From a virus, in the IMG/VR virus record IMGVR_UViG_3300045988_035831: a DNA stretch of 44,723 bases. One strand, written 5' to 3'. Below the pieces are notes generated by a model that did no database searches, was not told the origin of the DNA, and saw only the letters and a program-made list of their open reading frames with translations. Position numbers and translations under genes: made by a program. Below are positions 17,001-25,390 of the stretch, piece after piece. How positions within the stretch are numbered: the stretch's first letter is position 1; every line of letters starts with the position of its first letter.

Positions 17001-17131
17001 GACGGCAGTCAGGCGGCGGGAACTACAGATTTACAGCTCAGATCAATCGCAGAACCCTGTTTGACGAGATGATGAAAGAAGCACAGATGAGGCGAGACAC
17101 AAGCGGTAGAAACCCGTTTGAGATGGCATAA
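14033..17131 (+). CDS. Tape measure protein.
   Basis: 1032 aa, helical and repeat-rich, with a G/S/T-rich linker. Canonical position. Confidence 0.95.
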   Translation: MAADGSVIIDTRMDTSGVQKGVSAIKQSFNGLGSAVKKIGLLIGGAFAVGKLVQFGKECVELGSDLAEVQNVVDVTFTTMSDKVNEFAKNAMTSAGLSETMAKRYVGTFGAMSKSFGFSEQQAYDMSTALTQLTGDVASFYNISQDLAYIKLKSVFTGETETLKDLGVVMTQTALDQYALANGYGKTTSEMTEQEKVALRLAFVQKQLSAASGDFIRTSGSWANQVRVMQLQLQSLKATVGQGLINIFTPILKVINILLGKLATLANAFKSFTELITGKKSSGQTSGSGAGLTGDASGVQDTADAYGEAADNASKLADSTEDVADATKDAAKAANGYLNPLDEISRYSSQTATSTSSPSAGKGTGETSGGLGGTVGNVDYGNLAKGEDTLSKMSPVLDGIVKRFKELADLFKKGFWEGLGDYKPMLKDLKKNINSIKKSLKNIFTDPAVLNASSKFADSLALNLGKITGSIARIGLTIAQNLVGGIAKYLSQNTDRIKKYIVDMFNIGTDISDIIGNFSVAFADVFSVFGGETAQQLTADIIGIFAEIEMTATELCAKLGRDMLNMIAKPFIDNKDLLKSAIEGSLKVIETVTSGILSTIQTLGDLIQKLYDEHLKPFFDSIANGISSISKTTLTVYNTYILPVLQGLADKLKGLMTGTLGETLAKIETFLGKIIDVLKLLWENILVPLINWIIANVVPVLAKIADMIGTKVINIVKTLIKVIGDIVDVLSGVIDFIVGVYTGDWEKAWNGVKGIAEGAWNLIKDIILGVWETIKSETQGALDIVKGVIELVFNAIKSIVFTAWDYIKTCTTNALSALKTTVSTGFNAIKSKISKTWSSVKTKTARIWDSISTVLFGKLEKIKSAIVDKFTSARDTVVSVFEGIKDTIKSTLNSVIEIVNGAIGTVNSAIGGIESAFSFGPWKVPTPFGSKTIGFSAHFPRVPTVPYLAKGAVIPPRSEFLAVLGDQKQGNNIETPEALLRKIVREETAGRQSGGGNYRFTAQINRRTLFDEMMKEAQMRRDTSGRNPFEMA

Positions 17132-17144
17132 AAAGGAGGACGTT

Positions 17145-17519
17145 ATGGATAGATACAAAATCAACGGCACAGACATCTGGCAGCCGGATAAAGACCTTGC
17201 GCTCTCCTTTGCCACGACTTACACGGAATCAAGTCAGAGGACGCAGTACGGTGTAGGTTACTTTACGCCGATGTTTACTGTTGAGCAGTATACATACAAG
17301 GCCAGTGATATCCCGATGACGGAAGCGACTAAAATCTTACAGACGATAGCGAAAGGATATAAATTTACACTTCATTACTTCTCACCATATTACGGTGTTT
17401 GGAGAGATGCTCCGTTTTATGTCGGCCAGACGCAAAACATATCTATCGGAGAATTATCAGATGATAGAAAAATACTATCATCGTTAGAATTTAACATGAC
17501 GGGGGTGGATCCACTATGA
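17145..17519 (+). CDS. Small distal-tail (Dit-like) protein.
   Basis: ATG 17145 follows AAAGGAGG. It follows the tape measure gene and overlaps the next gene. Confidence 0.6.
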   Translation: MDRYKINGTDIWQPDKDLALSFATTYTESSQRTQYGVGYFTPMFTVEQYTYKASDIPMTEATKILQTIAKGYKFTLHYFSPYYGVWRDAPFYVGQTQNISIGELSDDRKILSSLEFNMTGVDPL

Positions 17520-20500
17520 TTAGCGTAAGCAATGCATTTAGAGAAAAACTAGAAGCTGGTGAACCGGTCAGAATGGTAGTGGATATCACTTTTCCTGACG
17601 GAACGAAAAAGACTATTGATGAAGAGATCATGAACGGCGACAACGGGTTTACTGACTGTGCAGAAAGTAGTAGCTTTCCAGTTGGAACATCTGTTTGTAA
17701 AACGCTGACATTGAACATTAATAACTATGAAGAGCAGTGGAAAGAATATGAATTTTACAGTGCAAAAATTCATGCATATCTAAAAATCAATAGTCTTGCA
17801 GAAAAGATTGACAAAGGAATCTATACAGTAACTACGCCGGAGCAATATTCAGACATCATCACTATCACGGCTCTGGACGATATGTACAAAGCAAATAAAG
17901 CGTATACCAGCGGCCTTAAGCTCCCTCAGTCCCTTATAAACCTTGTCAGGGACGCCTGTGAGACTATCGGAATAGGTATGAATCTAACTATGTCACATGG
18001 CGATATTATAATAAGAAGCATTCCGGATAACATGACATTCCGCCAACTGTTTGGGTATGCAGCTATGGTTGAATCTGCAAACGCCAGAATTGACTATTCT
18101 GGAAATCTCGGATTCATAAAATGGGATTTTGAAAAAGCAGATATTCCTGATTTGAAAAACTATGGAAACCCACCTGTGCTTTCCAGTGACGATATTATTA
18201 TTACCGGAATCAGAGTCAAAAACGGACAGTCCAATGATGATACAGATTCTGAATATTCTGGAATGTACGGAAAAGAGGGGTATCTTCTTGAACTTGAGAA
18301 CGAACTGATTGATTCTGACCAGCTCGAAACAGTAGCAAGCATCATCGGTGAACAGATCGTAGGAGCGCGATTCCGAAATCTCGAGGGTGATCTGGTATAC
18401 AACCCGTTGGTTGAATTCGGAGATATGGTATATACTTATGACCGCTTAGGCAACAAGTACCTTACTCCGCTGACGGATGTATCTGGCAACGTGGGCGGTC
18501 TGACTACAGTTAAGACTCAGGCTGATGATCCGATTCGGGGCAGCAGTGACTACTACAGCGAAGGAACGAAGGCTATAGTGGCAGCACGTCAGATGGTGAA
18601 AAAAGAAACATCTGCAAGGGAAGAAGCTGTTAAACGATTGGAACAAAAGATAAGCGATACAAATGCAAGTGGAATGTTCTGTACAGATGTTAGACAAGAA
18701 GATGGAAGCACTATTCGGTATCTGCACGACAAGCCTACACTAAAAGAATCATCTAACGTTATTAAAGTTACATCAGAAGCGATCGGAATCAGCAATGATG
18801 GAGGCAAAACATATCCATACGGTATAACCCTTGACGGAGAGACTATCACGAGACTTTTATATGCGGAGGGTATTAACGCTGACTATATTAATGCCGGAAC
18901 GATCCTGGTAAAAGATAAAGATAAAAATGTAATTTTTGAAGCTGACATGGACGCCGGATCAGTATATATCAGCGGAAACGTGCAGATCGGCGGTGGAAAA
19001 ACACTCGATGAGACATTAAAAGAGTTCTCTGCTTCTGCGAAGAACATGACTATTCAGCTGAGTAATGAGTACCAGGGGATTCCTGTTGATTCTAATGGGA
19101 ATTATAGTAGCTTTCCAGAATGCTCAACTCAGGTTACGGTGATGTACGGTGCACAGGATATCACGGAGAACTGTTCGTACACTATAACCGAATCTCAGAA
19201 CATCTCGGGATCCTGGGACGAAGTTGAACACATGTATACAGTTGGAAGCTTAACTGCCGACAGTGGCTGGATTGATATAAGAGCTACTTATCTTGAGAAC
19301 CTGTCAGTATTGAAACGATTCACGATAGCTAAGCAGTATGCCGGAGAACAGGGTACAGCCGGAAGAACATATTTTATGCGGGCCGATGCTGACATTTTGC
19401 TAATGGGGGCTGACAAGAAGATTACTCCGAATATTCTGAACTTGAGGCCTTACTATAGAGATGGTCAGGAAGATGCTAAAAACTTTTACGCCTGGTGGAC
19501 TATCGAAAAAAGTGTTGATAATGGCTCTTCCTGGGAAGATATAAGCACATACAGCACCTCGATGAAACTGATTCAGATTCAGCTGAATACACTGTCTCTT
19601 GAAGCACATGACATGATAAGGGCCAGCGCTTATGCCGACAAAGAAAAAACTATACTGTGTGATCAGCAGACGTTCCCGGTAGCACTTGACGTTTCTGCTT
19701 TATCTCAGAAAGATATAGTAGAAATTCTGTCTAATAACGGAACGTGGAAAGGATTATACTATCTTAATAATCATTTATATATTTCGTTTGACGCAGCAAA
19801 AGGCGGAACGCTTGCACTTGGAGGAGTGAACAATGGTGATGGCCAGCTAAAGATATATGATGAAAATGGTAATGAAGTCCTCAGGCTGAATAACGGCGGC
19901 CTGGCAATGAACAGTGCTTCTGATGCTGCTATAACTATTTTCAGACTTCTGCGGACGGGACTGTTTTATTATGACTCGACCGGGAAAAAGAGAAAAGTGA
20001 GCATCGACACAGGCGGCTTGGCTGTATATGTAGATTACACTAATGCAAATAACTATAAAATGTTGAAACTGGGGAAATATGGCCTGTATGCAGCAAAAAA
20101 AACAAGCGGCGTAGAAGAATTGTGGATGGAAGGTGATACAAGTCATAAATGGGATGGCTATATCATCCGCTACTTAAACGACTTGGTTCGCATAACTGCT
20201 AACGCTATATATACAGATGGATGCTCGATAGGGAATAACTTAGCTACAAGCGGAACCCTTTCAGTAGCAAAAACCGCTGGATTGAAAGGCGGCGCATATG
20301 TACAAGGGAGTTTTTCGTTTGAGGATGCGGAACAAACTGCAGCTTCGTCACCTGTTAGAAGAAGACCGATAGCTACATCTGGAACTGAAGGAAAGAAGAT
20401 AGCCTACATTGCATCAGGCACCACGATGTCTAGTGATGGGTTTGAAGTTGATCATTTAGAAATTAGAGGACAATTTACAACAAAAAGTTATTACACAAGA

Positions 20501-20839
20501 AAATTCTATTCTGGATCAGCTCCGTCCGACGTTCGCTTAAAAGAGAATGTTAAGGATAGTGAGGTAAACGCTCTTGAATTAGTGAACTGGATGCAAGTCC
20601 GACAATTCGATTGGAAAAAAGGCGGACATCAAAACATCGGCTTTGTGGCTGATGAATTGGAAAAAATCGACCCGAAATTGGCTCTGGGCGGTGGGTATGA
20701 TGAAAACGGCAAAATGGATGTTAAGCAGATTAACAGCCCGTATCTTCTCAACTACGCCATCAAAGCTATACAGGAACTTAACGCAAAGGTTGATGAGCAA
20801 GAAAAACGTATCAAGAAATTAGAAAGGAGATTACAGTAA
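17516..20839 (+). CDS. Tail-associated / tail fibre protein with a C-terminal S74 intramolecular chaperone domain.
   Basis: 1107 aa. The N-terminus is prophage-tail-like. The C-terminus SDVRLKENVKD...VRQFDWKKGGHQNIGFVADELEKIDP...AIQELNAKV is the autoproteolytic chaperone signature. Confidence 0.9.
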   Translation: MISVSNAFREKLEAGEPVRMVVDITFPDGTKKTIDEEIMNGDNGFTDCAESSSFPVGTSVCKTLTLNINNYEEQWKEYEFYSAKIHAYLKINSLAEKIDKGIYTVTTPEQYSDIITITALDDMYKANKAYTSGLKLPQSLINLVRDACETIGIGMNLTMSHGDIIIRSIPDNMTFRQLFGYAAMVESANARIDYSGNLGFIKWDFEKADIPDLKNYGNPPVLSSDDIIITGIRVKNGQSNDDTDSEYSGMYGKEGYLLELENELIDSDQLETVASIIGEQIVGARFRNLEGDLVYNPLVEFGDMVYTYDRLGNKYLTPLTDVSGNVGGLTTVKTQADDPIRGSSDYYSEGTKAIVAARQMVKKETSAREEAVKRLEQKISDTNASGMFCTDVRQEDGSTIRYLHDKPTLKESSNVIKVTSEAIGISNDGGKTYPYGITLDGETITRLLYAEGINADYINAGTILVKDKDKNVIFEADMDAGSVYISGNVQIGGGKTLDETLKEFSASAKNMTIQLSNEYQGIPVDSNGNYSSFPECSTQVTVMYGAQDITENCSYTITESQNISGSWDEVEHMYTVGSLTADSGWIDIRATYLENLSVLKRFTIAKQYAGEQGTAGRTYFMRADADILLMGADKKITPNILNLRPYYRDGQEDAKNFYAWWTIEKSVDNGSSWEDISTYSTSMKLIQIQLNTLSLEAHDMIRASAYADKEKTILCDQQTFPVALDVSALSQKDIVEILSNNGTWKGLYYLNNHLYISFDAAKGGTLALGGVNNGDGQLKIYDENGNEVLRLNNGGLAMNSASDAAITIFRLLRTGLFYYDSTGKKRKVSIDTGGLAVYVDYTNANNYKMLKLGKYGLYAAKKTSGVEELWMEGDTSHKWDGYIIRYLNDLVRITANAIYTDGCSIGNNLATSGTLSVAKTAGLKGGAYVQGSFSFEDAEQTAASSPVRRRPIATSGTEGKKIAYIASGTTMSSDGFEVDHLEIRGQFTTKSYYTRKFYSGSAPSDVRLKENVKDSEVNALELVNWMQVRQFDWKKGGHQNIGFVADELEKIDPKLALGGGYDENGKMDVKQINSPYLLNYAIKAIQELNAKVDEQEKRIKKLERRLQ

Positions 20840-20982
20840 TGGGAAAATTTAATGAGTATTCACAGAAAGTAACACCGGTCGGTGTAGGCTGACAGTGTTT
20901 CAGCAAAAGAAAAGTATCCGGTATCAGCGGCAACGTGGACATGGATGTATTCTATAAAAATTATAAAGAGGAGGTTTCTGTA

Positions 20983-21765
20983 ATGAACAAAGCCATTAAA
21001 AAAGTGATTCTCATTGCTAAAAACGAAATTGGGTATCTCGAGAAGAAAAGCAACAGCCAGCTCGACAGCAAGACTGCAAATTCGGGAAGTGCGAACTACA
21101 CAAAATACTGGCGTGATGTGAAACCATCTTATCAGGGGCAGCCCTGGTGCGCTTGTTTCGTGAGCTGGTGCTTCATGAAAGCGTTCGGGCTTGAGACAGC
21201 CAAGAAACTCTTGAAGCACTGGCCTTATGTGTACTGTCCGACTATGAGCGGCTTATTTACGCTTAACGCTAACCCGAAGGTTGGCGATATCGTGATATTT
21301 AAGCACAATGGCACATTTACCCACACCGGATTAGTCACGGCGGTTGTTGGCGACCGTTTTTATACCATCGAGGGCAATACCTCCGGTGCATCCGGCATTA
21401 TCGCAAACGGCGGTGGTGTTTGTGCAAAAAGCTATCTTAACAGTCAGATGCCCGGAACAAAATTCTGTACGCCGGATTGGAAACTCGTAAAAGGAACGTC
21501 AACCAACGCATCAACTACAGGAGGAAAGAAATATATGTTCACAACAGAAACGGTAAAAAACGGAAGTAATGGGCTTTCAGTTCTTCTCTTGCAGGAAATT
21601 CTTGTGGCCCGGGGATTCAAGGGAAAAGACGGAAAAGCACTCACTCTTGACCGATCCGCAGGCACAAACACAATTTATGCCTTGAACGCTTACAAGAAAT
21701 CCAGAGGCATGAAACAGGACGGAATCTGTGATGAAACCGTCTGGAAAGATTTGATTGCACTTTGA
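20983..21765 (+). CDS. Endolysin: CHAP amidase/peptidase plus a PG_binding_1 domain.
   Basis: ATG 20983 follows AAGAGGAGG. CHAP Cys in GQPWCACFVSWC and His in FTHTGLV. The C-terminus SVLLLQEILVARGFKGKDG...ALNAYKKSRGMKQDGICDETVWKDL is a PG-binding repeat. Confidence 0.9.
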   Translation: MNKAIKKVILIAKNEIGYLEKKSNSQLDSKTANSGSANYTKYWRDVKPSYQGQPWCACFVSWCFMKAFGLETAKKLLKHWPYVYCPTMSGLFTLNANPKVGDIVIFKHNGTFTHTGLVTAVVGDRFYTIEGNTSGASGIIANGGGVCAKSYLNSQMPGTKFCTPDWKLVKGTSTNASTTGGKKYMFTTETVKNGSNGLSVLLLQEILVARGFKGKDGKALTLDRSAGTNTIYALNAYKKSRGMKQDGICDETVWKDLIAL

Positions 21766-21937
21766 CGCAGGATGAGGTATACTGTCAGTAGCCGCACAGG
21801 GGTTGAACTTATGATGTATAGTACCCTGTGTGGCTAGCACAAGTGAAGAGTGCAGACTGATTCCACCGTGCATGAACGGAAGAGCTGTATGTCCCAATTC
21901 GGGGCTGTTAGCAGCAGCACGAACGGACAGTCAGAAA

Positions 21938-21971
21938 AGAGTTGGGCCTAAAAACCCGACTCTCTTTTTTT
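21938..21971 (+). terminator. Rho-independent terminator at the end of the late operon.
   Basis: agagttggg-cctaaaaa-cccgactct forms a 9-bp stem, followed by a T7 run. Confidence 0.8.
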
Positions 21972-22030
21972 ACGTTAAATTACGATGTTGTGAACAGATA
22001 TAGATTTACACGGTTAGTCACAAATTGGTC

Positions 22031-22054
22031 ACAAATAAAGACTGAAAAGCCGCA
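22031..22054. repeat. Arm-type integrase-binding repeat pair (GTTAGTCACA / TTGGTCACA).
   Basis: ggttagtcacaaattggtcacaaa. The same decamer recurs twice at 22211-22230. Confidence 0.6.
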
Positions 22055-22081
22055 TAAACAAAGGATTCTTGGATATTTTCA

Positions 22082-22137
22082 TTAAAATTAGAATAATGAA
22101 AATGTCTTTGCAGAATCCCTTGTAAAATGCGGAAAAG
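22082..22137. other. Candidate attP core: a nested inverted repeat in the AT-rich spacer.
   Basis: GGATTCT...ATTTTCATTA-9 nt-TAATGAAAAT...AGAATCC, centred near 22108 and flanked by the arm repeats. Confidence 0.35.
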
Positions 22138-22210
22138 CCAGTAAAATCAAGGCTTTGTAGACTTTTGTTAGAGTGATTAAGACAGTTTAAAAGCGATAAA
22201 AATAGGAACG

Positions 22211-22230
22211 GTTAGTCACAGTTAGTCACA
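22211..22230. repeat. Tandem perfect arm-type repeats (GTTAGTCACA x2) overlapping the integrase stop.
   Basis: gttagtcacagttagtcaca read directly from the sequence. Confidence 0.6.
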
Positions 22231-23387
22231 AATGGGACTTTTATTTTCTCTATTTCTTCCCGGAGTTCTTCCAGTGTCCTGTGGCCGTACACAGCGTTCG
22301 TGACATCGTTTCCGAACGAATGTCCCAGCATCCTCTTCCGGTCGTTCTCCCGGACTCCGTATTTTTCGCACAAGGCAGAAAAGGTATGTCGGCAATCGTG
22401 CGGCGTGTGCTTCGGGTTGCCGGTTATATTCAAGCGTTCCAGTGTAGGGTAGAAGAGTTTATCCCTGTGATGCTTTTGCGTATACATTAGAAGCTTTCCT
22501 TGAGTTGCTAGTTTTGACTGGACAAAGCTATATACGGCTGAATGAATAGGTACAATCCTGTCTTTTCCGGCTTTTGTTTTAATACCGCCTTGATAATATT
22601 TTTCTTCGAGATTAATTGAAAGCTTTGATACTTCGCCGATTCTCCAGCCAGAATAACACATGATCAGAATGAGCTGTACTTCTGGATCATCGGTGTTATT
22701 CCAGAGGATTTGCAATTCCTCATCCGAAAAGGGCGTGCCGTGTTCCGTATCATGAGGTGCATTGTTCCGAACATAGAGAGCTTTGTTTTCCGTGACAATT
22801 TCAGCATACATGGCGTACTTGTACATCTGCTTAAACAGTGTCAGTATCATCATTACGCTTTCTCTTTTGAGTGGACAGGTGTCTAATACCTCCTGCATGT
22901 CAGGAGCCTTTAAATCCTCAAATACGCGGTTGTGGAGTACTGCGCAGTTTGAATATCCATTCCGGTATGCGCTCTTCGAGCTGTATGATAGTTTTGTTCC
23001 CTCAGGGAACTTCCATTTCATGAATTGCTCATATACCTCTGAGAACGTCAATTTGTGCGTTTCCGGGTGTCTTTCCTCTGCGCCCTTAAATGTATTGTAG
23101 TCTGACAGAATGCGTCCTATAAGGGCGTCTGCGTCCGTTGTAGGGGCAATCTCAAGCTCTTTTTCCATGCCTGGCTTGTACGTCCCGGCTTTGTAAGCTG
23201 TCAGAACGGCGAACCCTTTCAGATAGTCGTCAACGTAGCAGATCGCAGGCGGGCGGATCACTTTTCCTGTTATGCCGTCAATCGTTGCCGGTGGGTGCAC
23301 TGCATAGCAGTTTCTTCGACCTTTGCCGAGATAACGGATAGACCCGAAACTATTTGGCAATTTCGGGTACTTCTTTCTTTTTGCCAT
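22212..23387 (-). CDS. int: Tyrosine integrase.
   Basis: 391 aa. Catalytic motifs WRIGE (Arg), HDCRHT (His-x-x-Arg) and LGHS...VYGH (Tyr). SD AAGGAGGA. Confidence 0.95.
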   Translation of the reverse strand: MAKRKKYPKLPNSFGSIRYLGKGRRNCYAVHPPATIDGITGKVIRPPAICYVDDYLKGFAVLTAYKAGTYKPGMEKELEIAPTTDADALIGRILSDYNTFKGAEERHPETHKLTFSEVYEQFMKWKFPEGTKLSYSSKSAYRNGYSNCAVLHNRVFEDLKAPDMQEVLDTCPLKRESVMMILTLFKQMYKYAMYAEIVTENKALYVRNNAPHDTEHGTPFSDEELQILWNNTDDPEVQLILIMCYSGWRIGEVSKLSINLEEKYYQGGIKTKAGKDRIVPIHSAVYSFVQSKLATQGKLLMYTQKHHRDKLFYPTLERLNITGNPKHTPHDCRHTFSALCEKYGVRENDRKRMLGHSFGNDVTNAVYGHRTLEELREEIEKIKVPFVTNCD

Positions 23388-23402
23388 GATTTTCCTCCTT
23401 GT

Positions 23403-23432
23403 ATAAAAACAGCCCCTGCCGTTAAGCAGGAG
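23403..23432 (-). terminator. Rho-independent terminator (minus strand) between the OB-fold gene and int.
   Basis: On the minus strand: CTCCTGC-ttaacg-GCAGGGG followed by ctgTTTTTat. Confidence 0.6.
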
Positions 23433-23442
23433 CTAGTCTGGT

Positions 23443-24012
23443 TTACTCAATCTCGTCAATGTCAAAAGAATATCCAAGGACTTCTCCAACATCTGTGCAT
23501 TTTCCTTTTAATGTTACTTTATCGCCTTTGGTAAGAGATGCTGCCTTTGATTTTTGCTCGTCGTTTTTAATATTACACTGTACGCCGATGATTTCAAAAT
23601 CGCCGTCAGCTGTGAGGCTGATGTATTTTCCAGAGGCATCAATGTTGCTGAGATTTCCAGTGATCTCAAGATATTTGCCTTTGTATTTGTCAGATGCACC
23701 CATGGCGTTACTATCAAGATCGGACATCATATCATTAACAGAAACAGTAGTGTACTCGATTGGCGCAGCTTCTTCTTTTGGTTTAGTAGCAGTTTCTTTC
23801 TTTTCTGAAGAAGTAGCGGTTGCTGCGCTTTTATCTGATTCCGAATCACTTTCACCAGCTACAGCTCCGATGATAGCTCCGACAAGGATTATCAGCACAA
23901 CCCATTTGAGTTTTCCGCCTTTTAATTTCTTTCGGCATTGCGGGCAGACCTTAGCATCTGCCGGAATCTCTGTTTTACAATACTTGCATTTCTTTGTTTT
24001 TTCTTCGCTCAT
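23443..24012 (-). CDS. Zinc-ribbon, TM, S/T/E-rich linker and extracellular OB-fold-like domain protein.
   Basis: CKYCKTEIPADAKVCPQCRKK, TM segment WVVLIILVGAIIGAVAG, then AMGASDKYKGKYLEITGNLSNI (tRNA_anti-like OB pattern, from memory). Own SD; it starts 3 nt after the regulator gene. Confidence 0.85.
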   Translation of the reverse strand: MSEEKTKKCKYCKTEIPADAKVCPQCRKKLKGGKLKWVVLIILVGAIIGAVAGESDSESDKSAATATSSEKKETATKPKEEAAPIEYTTVSVNDMMSDLDSNAMGASDKYKGKYLEITGNLSNIDASGKYISLTADGDFEIIGVQCNIKNDEQKSKAASLTKGDKVTLKGKCTDVGEVLGYSFDIDEIE

Positions 24013-24015
24013 GCT

Positions 24016-24720
24016 TTATTTCCCTCCAATGACGTAGTTTTCATATTTTTCTCTTATTTTTGCAAGTTCTCTTTGCCTGATCGGGACGATCGCGCCAGAT
24101 ACCATCGTAAAAAAATGGCTTACTTCGCTTACCTCGTCCATATTAACTATATAGCTCTGGTGGCAGCGCAAAAATCTTCCGTCAAGACTCTTTTCGATAT
24201 CATTGAGCTTTCCTCGTTCCTTGTGCGATATTCCGCACGTGCAATGGATCATTATGTATTTGTTCTGGCTTTCGATGTATTCAATATGCCGGAATTCAGC
24301 TCTGTGAAAGTAGTCCTTGTTCTTGATAGTAAGCGTTTTTTCACGAATATTTTCAAGCGTCTGCTTAACAACTGAATACATTCTTCCATGCTCAGAGCCT
24401 TTAATGATGTAATGAACCGGCAGCACATCAAGTGCATCAAATACATATTCTTTGCGTTCTGTCCAAAAAGTGATATTTCCATAGTATCCGATTTTTCTTA
24501 ATCTTTTGGCAATCTCTATGCCATTTTCTCCGTTAATGGAGACATCAAGAATTATTATGTCATACCATTCACCATCTGAAACATCGTCGATCAAAGGCTT
24601 TCCGCTGGTGTAGGTGGTTAATGTATATCCACCATCACCATGCTCTTTTAGATATCGGTCAATGCTATTTTTGAAAATCTCAATCCGTAAATTATCATCG
24701 TCACAAATCGCAATTTTCAT
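24016..24720 (-). CDS. Orphan response regulator: receiver domain plus LytTR DNA-binding domain.
   Basis: MKIAICDDD (acidic pocket), IIILDVS (phospho-acceptor Asp), ITFWT, YIIKG (Lys). The LytTR part is HRAEFRHIEYIESQNKYIMIHC...FLRCHQSYIVNMDEV. The start was moved to ATG 24720. Confidence 0.9.
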   Translation of the reverse strand: MKIAICDDDNLRIEIFKNSIDRYLKEHGDGGYTLTTYTSGKPLIDDVSDGEWYDIIILDVSINGENGIEIAKRLRKIGYYGNITFWTERKEYVFDALDVLPVHYIIKGSEHGRMYSVVKQTLENIREKTLTIKNKDYFHRAEFRHIEYIESQNKYIMIHCTCGISHKERGKLNDIEKSLDGRFLRCHQSYIVNMDEVSEVSHFFTMVSGAIVPIRQRELAKIREKYENYVIGGK

Positions 24721-24842
24721 GTAAATCATTCCCTTGTAAACATTGTTTTCGACATTTGCAAAAAAAAGTGTTTAAATATGTTATTTTTATTATAGCATCG
24801 TTAAATTTAGTTGTAAATAGACGTTTTGAGGTGATTTATGAA

Positions 24843-25217
24843 ATGAAAATAATCAAAAATATTCTAATTATAATAGGAGCTGTGCTTTTGCTTAATTACA
24901 TTGTTTATTTACCAATGTGTGTAGACGATTATATCCGTGAAGAGTCAGAAGTGTATTCTGTCCAAAATGCGTACAGATCTTCTACCCTACATAAGAATAG
25001 CGCCCATGAAATAAAGCAGACCATGCTGCCGTTTTTATTCGCCCTGCCACTAAACAGAAAAGACTATATCTTTGATGTTACGAATAATTTCTATGCAATC
25101 ATAAACATATCGGTGTATATCTGGCAGTTGCCAAGGGCGAACATTAGTGATATAATAGCAAAAACGAACGAATGTTCGGTTATATTTCCCGCAAACCGGG
25201 CATATACTGTAATGTAG
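24843..25217 (+). CDS. Membrane-anchored protein of unknown function, in AT-rich DNA.
   Basis: ATG 24843 lies 7 nt after GAGGTGA. TM segment ILIIIGAVLLLNYIVYL. It is divergent from the LytTR gene. Confidence 0.65.
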   Translation: MKIIKNILIIIGAVLLLNYIVYLPMCVDDYIREESEVYSVQNAYRSSTLHKNSAHEIKQTMLPFLFALPLNRKDYIFDVTNNFYAIINISVYIWQLPRANISDIIAKTNECSVIFPANRAYTVM

Positions 25218-25245
25218 GTGGTAGTTGCGACAGGGAGGGTTATTT

Positions 25246-25344
25246 ATGGATTATAAAAAGGAAATTATTGAGATGGTTGAAAAATGCACGAATAATCATT
25301 GGATAGAAGTGATTTATATATTTGTGAAAAGGCTAATCGGATAA
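25246..25344 (+). CDS. 32-aa peptide.
   Basis: GGGAGGG lies 7 nt before the ATG. MDYKKEIIEMVEKCTNNHWIEVIYIFVKRLIG. A terminator follows. Confidence 0.5.
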   Translation: MDYKKEIIEMVEKCTNNHWIEVIYIFVKRLIG

Positions 25345-25348
25345 CATT

Positions 25349-25390
25349 AAAAAAGACAAGGGTTTGCGCATTGCCCTTGTCTTTCTTTTT
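25349..25390. terminator. Bidirectional rho-independent terminator.
   Basis: agacaaggg / cccttgtct forms a 9-bp stem, flanked by A6 on the left and TTTCTTTTT on the right. Confidence 0.8.

Noticed and set aside
14086-20800. Numerous 60-170-aa minus-strand ORFs inside the tape measure and tail fibre genes.
   Set aside because: All are antisense shadows of very long, well-supported plus-strand genes. None has a credible SD.
20839-20985. A 17-codon ORF (MGKFNEYSQKVTPVGVG) starts at the TAATG overlap with the fibre stop. It is in the same frame as the endolysin ORF and is separated from it only by one TGA (20890-20892).
   Set aside because: The read-through peptide has no recognisable meaning. 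The endolysin has its own strong AAGAGGAGG-ATG at 20983. All other genes use TGA as a normal stop, so stop-codon recoding is not supported. It is possibly a remnant of a fibre-like N-terminus.
23459-24037. 192-aa plus-strand ORF.
   Set aside because: It is fully antisense to the zinc-ribbon/OB-fold gene, is rich in S/L/F/P as expected of a shadow frame, and has no SD.
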